Below, piece by piece: positions 9,789-22,500 of a stretch of 64,000 nucleotides of DNA; positions within the stretch are counted from its first letter, which is position 1, and each line of letters opens with the position of its first letter. Location of the stretch: assembly GCA_046563655.1 (NCBI GenBank), contig CM102285.1:12090001-12154000 (forward strand). Direction: 5' to 3'. The stretch is from Yuukianura sp. NJ FZ-2021 (lineage: Eukaryota). The position numbers and the translations under genes were made by a program. The notes under the pieces are model-generated. The model searched no databases, had not been told where the DNA came from, and was given only the letters and a program-made list of their open reading frames with translations.

Positions 9789-12700
9789 TTACACAGTCGT
9801 TTCACTTTTTCGTTGATGGAGAGGCTGTTTCTCTCGTTTCAAGCGATCAAGTTCGTTGTAGTACTCATGATCCGACTCCTCTTCGGAACGAGAGCCATGT
9901 CGTCTACTGGACACTGGACGATACTGATTTTGTAAGTCGTAACGTAGTACTTGAGCATTATTATTGTTACTCGTTGTGGTCCCTGTGGAGGAATTACTTG
10001 TGTGACTGAGGCTAGGGGTATGATTAATTGAATCGGGACGATATTGCGGTAGGCCAATAGGGGCAAAGGCCAAGGGAACATTCGAGTACTCTCGTCCCGT
10101 AGTACTAGTAAGTTGGTACTCGGGATTGTCAATGAGCATCGGATAGTGGCCTTTCTTTGGTCCAACTTGGCCAAACTTTCCGTTCTCAATTTCCACCGGG
10201 TTTATAGTAGCTGAAATGTCACGAAAACAGTTAAAATTTTGGTCTTTTCGTTAATTTTTAGCAAAAGACTCACCATTGACTTTGGGATCTGCAACGAGAT
10301 CGAGGTAAGTTGGAGGATTTTGATTGTTTTGAGGCGATGGCATTAAGTAGTCGTCCTCATCAACAGGGAGTCTTGTAACACCATCAGTATATGGATCTTC
10401 TGAAGGAGCACTCGGGTCAAGTTTGGAATGTGGTCCACATTGAGAGTACCTTGGAGGGCCTCCTATTTGACCCCGAGGATACCGATTCAAACGAATTAGA
10501 GTTTGTCTATTTTGGTAGTCATGTGGACATGGACTAGCCTCAACCCAAGAGGCATCTGGAACAGTAAACGGATTACGTTTTGCCAGTGTTCCGTTTGTAG
10601 AATTTGTATTGTCTGCTCTCTGATCGAAGTAGTCAGAAGCATTGATTATTACTTCTGGACCATCCAGCGCAGACGCTAACGTACGGATCAGTTCCGTTTC
10701 GTCCTGGAATCACAAAAACAACCAATTTCAAACAATTTTTTCAATGCTTCCGGTTTTATATTTCGAACAACTAACCTGTTGCGTGTAGGAAGGAAGTCGC
10801 ATCAAGCGATCACCGGGAATCACAAGATATCTACCCGGATCTTGCGAAAATTTTGAAAATTGCTCAACTAGAGTTTTGAAGGAAGGACGCTGATCCGGCT
10901 GAAATGAAAATAAAATTGTTTTCGAATTCCATAACAAAAACATTGGCATTGACAATCTTAAGACTCTATTCTAGCATTACCGGTTCTACCCAAGTTCGGA
11001 TCATTATATTGTACAGATCGACAGTGCAGTACTGAGGCTGTTGCAGACGAAATCCGATTTTGAGTGCACTGTACAGATCCTTGGCAGCGATATTTTCAGC
11101 TTCATAAGGTCTCTGTCCAAAAGTTATCAGCTCCCATACCGTCACACCTAAGACAATTTCAAAAACCGTTGGGATTTTCAAATTACAAAAAAGCTTCAAT
11201 TTTGAAACTCACCGAAAGCCCAAACATCCGTTTTTGTAGAAAATACGCGATCAGAAATGCACTCCAAGGCTAACCATTTAATTGGCATCCTTCCACCTTC
11301 TGATTTGTACTCATCTTCCTCCAAATCCAAAAATTTGGCTAATCCGAAGTCCGTAATTTTGACAAATGTCGGTGTTTGGACCAAAACATTTCTCGCAGCC
11401 AAGTCGCGATGTACAAGTTTTCGTGTTTCCAAATACTCCATTCCTGTTTTAAAGCAAAGGCGGTATAAAATGAATGACTTCTTAAAGAAAATTAATGTAA
11501 AGGCAAACATTAGTTTCTACTAAATGATTTGCTTTGCCCAATATTTGCTTAACGTCTCTTGAGTTCACTCCATTCCCAGAATTAGTCGAAGTGCAAAAGC
11601 AAATCTTCAGTTATATTTTTTCAAACGTGTTTGCTAACCTTTGGCAATTTGAGTACACCAATTGAGAAGAGCCTTCGAGCCAATTTTGTCTTTGTTCTAA
11701 ATCAACAACAAAACCAAAATTTAGAGGTTGCACAATGTGACAGATACACATTTTACGGAAAAAAAGAACTTACGTTTTGGACATAATCACGCAAACAACC
11801 CAGGGGCATCAGTTGTGTAACAAGCATCAATTGCGAGGCCATACAAACTGACAAAAGTTTCAAAAGATGCGGATGTTCAACGCTTGCCATGATGTACGCT
11901 TCGTCTAGAAAATCTTTGGTCGTATTGGATCCAAGTCCCTCTCGCAGGACCTTGATTGCCACGGGAATCTTGACATTCTGGCCTTCCGGAATCCACACGC
12001 CTTTGAACACAGTTCCAAAGGCTCCACAACCCAAAATTCCGCCTTTCCTCAGCTCGTCCTCCTTCACTGTTCGGAATTTCGACAAATTCGGTTTGACATT
12101 GGACGGACGAACTGGCGGATCGTTTGCATCTGAATCCGGCGAGAACAATTTTGTCAGATTCTTCATTTCCATTTCCTTTCGCTTGGATTTGACGCAATAC
12201 AGTGACAGCAATAGCACGGACAAAAGAAGCACGATAATCACAACGACCACTCCTCCTACCACGACGGACGACTCGGGTTCACTGAATAGACAAAACAAAC
12301 AATCAGAATTAGTTTATTAAAAACTCAATCAAAATCCAGACATGACTGAAAAATCCAAGCTTATTAGCATACACTGGCGGTTCTGGAAGGGCACAATATG
12401 GTCCAAGTGCGTCTTCAACAATGTGCGGGAATTCTGGTGGACATGAAATGCCACAAGTGAAGCTCCCATTGTTGTGCTGATTGTCGTCACCCAGTTCCTG
12501 CAAAGTAACAAAAAGTTTCAGAATTAGTTATCGTAGCGCCAAGCGTGAGAAAGATTGTTCAAACCAAGGCTTGAGTCCTACTAAATCCAAAGAGAAATTA
12601 AATATTGACTTTGTTACAACGTTATCTTGTCCCTTGAGGCCGGGGTGAGGAGACTTTGAAAAAGTGAAGAGCCAAACAGACCTTGGATTGTTGAAAAAGT

Positions 12701-15700
12701 GTCAATAATGACAATTCATGAACATTGATTAGTCTTACTGCATAAATCCGATAATGGCGACAGGTGAGACAGTCCGATGCAGTTGGACCAGTACATCCAC
12801 GACATTCGTTGGCACAAAGTAAACATTCCCTGTGTTCTTGGTCAATGTAGTAAAAATCTGGTGCACATTCGTCTTCACACTGCTCTCCTTTTTTGAAGAA
12901 GGAACACTCTTGACAAACCTTCAATTTTCAAAAATTATCAACATGATAAGCTGAACAATGAATTCATTTTTAGAAAACATTAAAAAGCGTTTTAAACCTT
13001 ACCTGTGTGTGAAATCCATAAGCGCTGCAACGCTTGCACTTCGAATGACACTTCTTGCACACCGATTTTCCAGCAAGAGCTCCAAGTGCGCCAGTTACTT
13101 TGGGTCCAACGGACTCATAATAGTAACCCACTGGACATGACTCTTCTCTTCCAAGACACTGGAGCTGTATCAATACAAAGTTCAGTTACATTGCTTCCTT
13201 TTCATAGATAAGCGTCAATGAACTTACAATTTCCTCATTTTCGTCCACGATTGCCTGTTGACATGAATTGCATCCGTTACTGGAAATAGTATTTTCTGGC
13301 CCATTGCATCCATCCACACAGTTCGCATGGCATCGATGACACTCTCCAGTCAAATTGTACTTCGATACTGGACAGGATTCGACGCAGAAGGGACCGTCCT
13401 TGACATTTTTGCAGCGCGTACAATTTCCAGGCCCTTTACCAGTACAAGTATCCAAGCACTGCTCATGACAATGCTTGCAAATTCCAGGACTGTCCTCGTA
13501 GATTCTAAGGTCAAACGAACAACAATTAAAATCGTACTTTCTGAAAAACAAAACAGAAAATGTTTCGTATTTTACCCGATCTCTGCATTGCAACTCGGGA
13601 TACACTGATCATCCAGTTTGAATTTGGCACAGGAAAGGCAATCTCGAGTTTCATGACCCCAACAACCATCGCTGGAGCATTGAGCACTACAAACTTGTCC
13701 ACTGCTTCTACACTTGTCCAGTGCCTTGTTATTGAAAATCTGTTCATCGGCCTTGGACGAAAGGATTTTGCGCCAGTTGATGTTGGAAGCAAAACAAAGA
13801 TCCGCATTTTCAAGAATGGCCACCGTGCCAGACCGGATTCTTTTGAGAGATCGCAAGTTGAGGGAGCGGAGTGAAGTTTTGACGATGTAAAGAGCTGAGA
13901 AGAATTCCGCCTTGTCACGCCCCCCAATTGTTTCCAGGTTCCTATTAAAACAAATAAGATGGAAACTGTCGTAAATCAAACTCCATTGATTCTAATGCCA
14001 TTAAAATCCGGAAAATCAAAGGGGAGTTGCAATAATTAGTCTAGAAATGGGCAAATGAGAAATTATGACATGGAATACCAACTAAGTAAGCTTAGTCTTT
14101 GTTCTGCAAAACAAAGCAAAAATTCCTAGCGATTAACCTCTTGGTTGTAAAAGTTCTTTGAAGTCAGGAGTAATTCAAACTAACCTGAAGTACGAGAGAT
14201 CAGTAAAATTGGGATGCGATGCTTGCAAATTGATGTATCCTGTGACTTCTTTCAGAGTTGAAAATACTTCCAGTTGACTTGGGTCCATGGGCTTGTAGCG
14301 TTCTCCAAAAGTATAATTTTGATGAACTTCTTGAAATCCATTGAAAGACGTCTCCAAGATTTGAATCGATCCTTCAATAATTGTGCAATTCCGGAAGTTG
14401 TTGATGTTTCCAGAGTGTAAGATTGCATTCGGAGGGCCTTGACACTTTTTGCTGCAAGGGCCAGAGCATGGGACGCATTCTCCATCAGGGGATTGCTGTA
14501 AAACGAAATATTATGTCAGATAAGCAAAAATTATGGACATCGTTACGATTCCATAAAACGGTAGCGTAGCAAAAGTTGTGACCTGCTATGCTACAGACGT
14601 ATTCAACTGAAAAATGTAAGTTTGAATCCTGCGCAGTTGTTTTACATACCTCTTTGTCTGGCGGACAACTTCTGACACATGCTCCAGACCCAGCATCCCG
14701 CAACAAATGTTCTGGACACTCCTTGACACATGTAGCTCCATAAGCATACTTCCCCTTCGGATTTCTCTCGGACAGGTAAGTGTTTGGATTGTAAATCACA
14801 AGCGACGGACATTCATCTTTACACTCTCCGTCATCATAAAACTTTTTGCAAGCCTAGAAACAAGAACCCAAACAAATACTTTAGCACCAACCAATGTTAA
14901 TGGGATTAGCAAAGACTTCATGCTTCTTCGCTTTGAACTCCCCAGCACAGTACCGCCCAGTGCTTGAAATTAACTTTACGATCAGCATACAAATGCTTAG
15001 AAATAACGTTATTCAGGGTGTTTGATTTGAAGACACCTTGACAGGTTGTACCTGCCATGGTCACCACAGAGTTTTAAAATCTTTCACTCCTTGTAATATT
15101 CTACTAGTCTTTCCGGAATTGGACTTGAGTAGTAGATGACTACCGATAATTATAAATGTCATCAAGGAATTTGAAGTAAATGAGCAGTTCAGTTAAGAAT
15201 CTTACCAAACAGTCGCTTTTCTTTGGACCCGTACAACCTCCGGCACATGAGAGATGACAGCATTGTCTTGGCTCTTTCCCATAACACCGCCCCTCGTGGC
15301 ACTGTGGACTACAATTAATTTTGGAAAACTTTTGACAATTGTGCGGTCCTTCGCCCCAGCATCCTGCTTCACACTGAAAACACAAAAAAATCATCACGAA
15401 TACTTTATTAATGAGGAACTACACAATTGGAACAACTCTCATCAATTTTTTGTTAAAGAAACTTCAATTTTGGTCTTAACAAAATCAGTTTTAATTAGTT
15501 TCCAATTGTTACTTACAGAGCTGTCGCACGGTGGGCACTTCCTCTCTTCCTGCGTAAAGTTGTAGACGTAGACATACTTTGCATTGATTCCACTGATGAT
15601 TTCGTCCCAATTGATAGTCTTCACGTGACATAAGTTGTAATTATTCAGCACGCCGACATTCCCCGCAAGTACATCTACAATGCCAAATCAAAAATCCAAT

Positions 15701-16126
15701 TGTCAAACCTTTGATCACATCAAAAACCACTGAAAACTGACGTCCAAATACTTCCTAAGATGATTTGAATTGAATTTCTAATTAACTCACCTCGTAAGGC
15801 CGGTAACTCCAAATTGTGCATTCGTGACAGGGTGACCATCAGTGCAAATTCGTCATCGTGGACATTGAGTCGAAAGCGCGTACGACCTCGAATGACCTGC
15901 AGACTCGGCAAAACGATTCTGCGCACATCGACGTGTGAAATGAGGACGTAGCCAGTGACTTCTCGAATGTGTTGCAGGAAGCTGAGGTCCATTTCTTGAT
16001 CTTGGATCCATGTTAACTCAAGGTTACCTTCAACGTAAGTGCAATTGGTGTAGCGATCCTTGAGGTTACGGTAGTGATGTGACCGATTTGAAGGGACTGA
16101 CATTCGTCCATTAGTTCCAATGCAAA
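9789..16126 (-). CDS. Egfr: Epidermal growth factor receptor, 17 shared coding exons
   Basis: Exons: 15791-16126, 15517-15674, 15206-15373, 14650-14853, 14185-14495, 13576-13941, 13228-13504, 13003-13164, 12739-12918, 12373-12497, 11774-12281, 11639-11696, 11213-11443, 10981-11147, 10776-10898, 10274-10703, 9789-10210. All are GT-AG and phase-consistent. Domains: L1 ([13 protein letters not shown]...EGNLEL), furin-like Cys-rich, L2, long Cys-rich region, TM ([25 protein letters not shown]), Tyr kinase ([32 protein letters not shown]), Tyr-rich tail ending ETTV*. Confidence 0.98.
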
Positions 16127-18984
16127 CTGAAAATGAACAAAGTAAACACAAAATTAAAAAGAATTGTTCACAGCTTGAAATTTACGGTTGAACGCTGCTT
16201 GAACTCAAACTCCGACATTTCATAACCTTAAGCTTCCAACGCTCGCGCTCTTTTCAAATTTTTGTTTAGCAACATGGGGAGATAATGGTCATAATAATAA
16301 TAACAAAGCAAATAAATAAAAGCAAAAGCAGAAACCCGAACAACACTTAAAACGGGCGCAGGTTTTTAGAAGCCTATTTTTATGTGCTCATCAATTAGGA
16401 TGCTTGGCATTGCTTCTGACGCTTCCACCACAGTGTAACATAATACAAATACGCTTTTCGTTTTTTTGAAATACATTAAAATGGTAATTTTTTTCAAAAT
16501 TCATCGTTCTCTAAGTCAAAATTATAAAATTCGGAAAGAAGAAACCACGAGTTCCAATCCAATGTTAAACTACTCCCGTACGTTTTATTAGACTACTCTA
16601 ACTTTCGCAACTAAAAACTTTGGTCGAAAATTTCAAAATTTCAAAAGAAAATTCTCTATAGGAAGCTAGATGGAGCACAAAATTTACATTTCAAATAGGA
16701 ACTGGAATTGTGGTTATGTGGAAAACATCAAAACTGAAGGAAACTAAAATTTCAGATTGTGAAAAAACGAGAAAAAAACTAAACAACTTTCACCTTCGAA
16801 CCTTTTTTTCTCGTATTTCTTTAAAATTCAATCGTTCTACATCAGTAAATCAAAAACCGAAAAGTATTTTCTACACACAAGGTGAAAAGTACTTAAGGGA
16901 AAGAGAATAAGGGATTAAAATTCCAGAGTTTACGATGATTACTACACAGCAGAAGGGGTCCGTCCATCCGTCCATCCAGCCGTAGGACGATGAACGACAG
17001 ACCGTGGAACCAAGGGAGTCTTTTACTAAAAGTATTTTCTCCCTATTTGAATTCTTTAAAAATATGTAAAAAGATCTTTAAAAATGTTGATACACGTTTT
17101 AGCCATGGACCATTCCACACACAGGTTTTTGGTTATGTCCATTCTTGTTCAAATTTTTAAAAGTCCATTAATGCTGTTCCACCAAGACCAAAAGTCCTTT
17201 TATGACCAAATCCATAATTTTTAACAATAGCTTTTGTGGGGGGAGACTAGGTTTGAGGAATTCAGGCTCCAAAACCATCATCAAAAAATTTTAAACATGA
17301 AATGGGCTGGCATTGGCTAAAAATTAATCAAACTGTTCCAATTCCTCCACGAACCTAAAAATATTTCTCATTCTTGTCTTTCCTTCTTTGAATTTCAATT
17401 TCAAATTTCAATTTGCTTAGAAAAAATCAAGATTGAAAATAATGGAATCCCAGAAGCTACGCGGCTATCAGCATGTATAAGCATTTTTAAACACAGATTG
17501 AAAACGCAACAACATCGCAACGGGGCTCTTAGAAAAAGCGGAGATGAAATAAGACTGATGCCCCACATCAATCAATTGTTCATCTCGATTAAAATATCAT
17601 CAAGTCTCTGCAACATACACAAAATTCAAGTTGAAATTTAGGTCACCTCCCAACTTTAAGTTTAACAATGACCATCAGACATGTAAGTTTTAATTGTCTT
17701 CTGAAATATCCTGTTTATCTCTTAACTTCTGTTCTTAAATGAAGTTTTTTGATCTCAAAGTTTAGGCAAAGGTGTTAAGAAAAGGTGTCACAAAAACCAA
17801 ACCTCACCAAAAATCTTGATCTTGAAGAGATAGAGGAACAGAAGTAGTAAGGAAAACTTAAAATTCTTGTTTTTATAAACATTCCGCTCTGAAAAATTTA
17901 CAAGCAAAGTGCCTCTCTCCCTACATCCTCCGTCTAAAATTCAACGTCCGTCTGTCCACCAATCACATCAAACCTGCAAAAATCTGGTCTACGTCTGCAG
18001 AAACACACGGAATCTTTTTGCAACAATTTTCCCCCCATTATTCTTTGCAGCTATGCCACATTTTTTGTTGATTTCTGAGCTATGCTGATTTGAACTGTTG
18101 AGATGCATGAGATTTGATATTCCTGAAGCCCGAATTCCAATGAGATGGAAAATGATGAATACAAATTACATATCTTGAGCCTCTTGACTTTATGTGAACA
18201 TCAATTCAAAAAGATTTACCGCATATTCACATCAAAGTACATCAAAAATTCAAGAATCCTCTTCGTGTCATGCGTGATTGCATGTCCACAGTTTTGCTTT
18301 TGAGAAGACATTTGACCTTTCCTGCACATTTTTAATTAACAATTAATTTCCACTAAACTTATTATGATTACTTTTCCTTCACCAAATAATTTCCACAGTA
18401 ATTCATGAAATGTCATCAGTCGATACAACTTTTCCTCACACAGCTTTCTCTTTAGTGTTCAGCATTAAAACAGTAACACAATGAAGAATGATTCTGATTT
18501 CAAGATAACTGAACTCTCAGAGCAAACAAATCCTGCTTTGAATCTTTGATTTCCAAAGTCTGAATAATTAAATACTAACTTGCCAATGTAAAAGCTGATT
18601 TGTAATTTAATTGATTTTGAATCTTTGAGTCATAAACTTGAAAGAATCTTGCTTTTTTCTAAACTTTAGCAATCAAACTGCACTGTTCAATCCTTGTTCA
18701 GATTTTGGTTTGATTGGAAAAGTGGAATTTGTTGATTACCTCCTAAAACCATATCAATCAAGACATCTAAATCAGCCTGAGCAGAAAAGCAGACTTAAAT
18801 ATAAGTTTGAACACCAATAGTTAAATCTTGGCCCATCACAAGTCACTTCGAGCCAAAACTATTGTAATCACAGCGTGTCTGAAAAAAATCTTTAGCTTTT
18901 CAATATTTGTCTGCCAAACATCTTCAGAATTTTTAATCAAAAGAAAAGTCTTATAAATTATAATTCACTTTTAAGATTTTACGA

Positions 18985-19548
18985 CAGCTGAATTTTCCCA
19001 AGTTAGAATTCCTCGAAAAGTAAACGTAAAAGTTATATTTTGTCAAAAAATTTTGTCACGTCAAAAAGTTAGAGAACAGGTCAATTTTTCACGAGACCAA
19101 CATTTCAAGACGGTAGAGTACGCGTGAATCCTCGACAAGGCAAATACATCCAAAAGTTGAATTTCAGCTGAATTTTTCAAAATTCCAATTTCTCAAAAAG
19201 TAAGTGTACAACTGATTTTTTAAAAATTTGGTCACGTCAAAAAGTTAGAGAACAGGTCAATTTTTCACGAGACCAACATTTCAAGACGGTAGAGTACGCG
19301 TGAATCCTCGGCAAGGCAAATACATCCAAAAGTTGAATTTCAGCTGAATTTTTCAAAATTCCAATTTCTCAAAAAGTAAGTGTACAACTGATTTTTTAAA
19401 AATTTGGTCACGTCAAAAAGTTAGAGAACAGGTCAATTTTTCACGAGACCAACATTTCAAGACGGTAGAGTACGCGTGAATCCTCGGCAAGGCAAATATA
19501 TCCAAAAGTTGAATTTCAGCTGAATTTTTTAAAATTCCAATTCCTCAA
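18985..19548. repeat. Tandem array of a 176-bp unit, about 3.2 copies
   Basis: gtcacgtcaaaaagttagagaacagg starts at 19055, 19231 and 19407 with near-identical copies; degenerate partial copy from about 18985. Confidence 0.95.
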
Positions 19549-22500
19549 ATTTTCCGCATGTTTCTTATAAGAATATTTTCGTTTCAACTTTCAACAATTC
19601 AAATCAAATCTGAGCACTTAAACGCCACTAGCAAAAATTAATCTTTCGTCTCTAGACGAAACCGATTTGGTCACAGATTGCTGATGTGGCTAATTTTTGG
19701 AATTCGGTGATTTGAACAGATTTTTTCTAAATAGCAAAAATTTTGAAATTAGGTTCAAATTTTTGAGTTGAAAAGTAAAAACCTTCTTAAAAACAAGTTC
19801 GAGCATATTTCTCATCCATATTTCTAAAAACAAAAAAGTCCGAGCCAGATCCAGAGTGATTTTTAAAACCAGACTTAGAATTTGAAGTATAAAACTTTAC
19901 AGAAGAACTTTTCTCATGAACTTTTTGGAATACCAACCGCAAATGAATTCATTTACAACAATGGAAATGAGAAAGTTGTGCTGCATAACAATTGCTTTCC
20001 AATTGCAACTCCAACTAAACATGAATACAGAGATTTGTAAATTCATCAGAGACCATGAAGTGATGGTGGTCCAATCAACGGATCTTCCCTGGACAGAGAC
20101 AGATGATGATGATTCATGATTTGAGCCAAAAGGTTAATACTCATTTAAACTTTAACTTGTTAGAATTTATTCATAATTTAAAAAAACTAAACTAAAAATC
20201 CAGTTCAACTGCTCCCACCCAAAGTCAGTAATTTTGTTCAAGTCGATGACAATTTCCGAAAAGGGATTTGAATTATGACTTTTCCCTGTTAATTTTCTTT
20301 CTTCTTCCAATTCTCCTTGTCTCCCTGTATCAAATGATTACATGTCAAAAAGACTCAACACCCTGGAGAGAGACAAAGTAAATGCAAGTGGAGGGAGTAA
20401 CTATTACACAAAAAAGAACGTAAGGTGAGGATTTATAGAGTCGATGAAAGCCTGTGATATGAATTTAATCCCACGACACTTTCCTTAGAGCAAAACTTTT
20501 GCCTTTCGGTTACATCAGTATTCAACCTGCAGATTTTTAAATTTTCTCTCCTGTTCTCAGCTCAAGATAAAATCTTTAATTTCATAAATTTGGAATTCGT
20601 GACCAAAGGCACACTTTACTGTTTCCATTGTTTTAATCCTAAAATTCAGTAACATCTTTAAAAAACACACTTTTTGAACAACTTGGTTTGGAAAAACTGT
20701 TGCGCTTCACATCTTTGTATCTTTTGAGAGATACAAACAAAACTGCTTTCTAGGAAGAACAATTCAACTTTTTTATCTTTTTCACACAACAAAGTAAATA
20801 GGAAGATCATGCAGCTATCAATAACTTTTTCAAACAATTCCACACCTACGTAAACCCACACAAGCTCCATAAAGTGATCACTTTTCAAGTAGAATTTTAT
20901 CACATTGCCAAAAAGTCACAATAAATTCAAGCACGCAATTTCCATTTCCATTGTATTTTATAAACATGGTCATAAATATTACACTGCAATCAGGAAACAA
21001 TTGGATCAAACGAGGGTACTTAAGGGCACTAAATTTCTGATTTGAATCAGCTAATTAGTAATCCTTAATTAAAATTTTTAATTTTCTTTTAACATTCTTG
21101 CACAGAACACAACAGTTTCGCATTAATTGAAAAATCAAAGAAATAAACAAAATTCAAGACCATAAATTCTTCAAAAAATGTTTCATCTGATCCCTTGTCC
21201 ACAACTTTCGAAAAAATTTTGAAGTTAATTACAAATTTTTGAAAGTCAAGCACACAAACGTTTGTAACCAAGCCCAAAAACTTTATGTTCTAATGCTAAT
21301 CCCAAAACAAATCGGTAATTCACATTGTCAAATTGTCCAAAACGAAATACACCAACGGCTATTCAACGGAATTCAAAATTCCGAAACTTTTCTTCAAAAA
21401 AAATTTTCTGTGCAATGATTTCCATTTTCTTTTAGTAGTCTAGAAGCGTAATCGATCAAAAACATGTTTGAAAAGAACTCTCTTGGTGCGGAGCGTTTCG
21501 TAATTAAAATTTGTGGCACCCAACAAGGAACTGCCAGAATTCCCGCTGTTAATAAAACCCAATGCACAATTTCCAATTGCAAAATTCAACTTTTCAATTC
21601 AACAAGAGGAAGATTCCTGCACCGCCGTAGCTAAAAACCGCTTTGATCAATTTTCATTCTTCCTCTACGCATTAACAACTTTTCATCTTCCGACACCTCT
21701 CAGATCATCTTTGTGCTGCCAAATTCAAAACTTTGTGCTGCCAAATTCCATTCGATTGACCTCTCCCGGAGTTCAAATTGACTGCCAATTCCAGCCTCTT
21801 ATGAGAGTCTTAAATTTCAATTCACGCTCCAAAATTTCAAAAAGTATTATCTGCTCCACAAAAATGACTTAAAATTATAACTTTTAAAAAACTCTGCCTC
21901 TTAAATTTCAAAAAATGATTTATAGAGCAGAGACAGTGGGTGGAGGCGGTTTTCCTTGCGTCATGGAGCCATTGAATTGAAAAAGGATGTCTCGATATGG
22001 CTAAAAATGGAGACTTCAGCATTCTTGAATGGGTGTTAACCCGCCACAACTTCATTCAAGACCACTTTTTTACATGATAAAGCATTCTCAAACAGAAAAC
22101 ACTCCAAAAGAAATATCTCCTCTGCTCCAAGTATCTTCAGCAAAGGAATCACTTGGATCATCACACAAAATCCAGATTTCGCACCTAAACATTCAGCACT
22201 TTTTTCTGCTTATGAAGTTAAGGCGTGGGTAGTAGAGGCTCCACAATCTTAAAGTCTGGCAATTCTTAAGGCCTCTTGACACATTAAGATCTCCCATTGT
22301 CTTTTACAATCAAGTGTGTATGCTTTTTAGCCATTTACGACTCTCAAAACGCATCTCCCATTGTTTCTAAAAATCGAGACACGCAAAAATTAGCTTGAGA
22401 AACAGCATGCACACGCACATGAGTCTGAATATCTCTATTGTTGTCTTTTGCCAATCGTCTGATTTGTCTGTGTGTGAAGGGAATACCATATGAAAAGTGT

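Noticed and set aside
11064..15565. Plus-strand ORFs overlapping Egfr exons (e.g. 11889-12320, 13560-13874)
   Set aside because: Antisense shadows of real coding exons; no independent splice structure or motifs.
19055..19548. CRISPR-like array
   Set aside because: Contiguous 176-bp units with no unique spacers, eukaryotic context and no cas genes.
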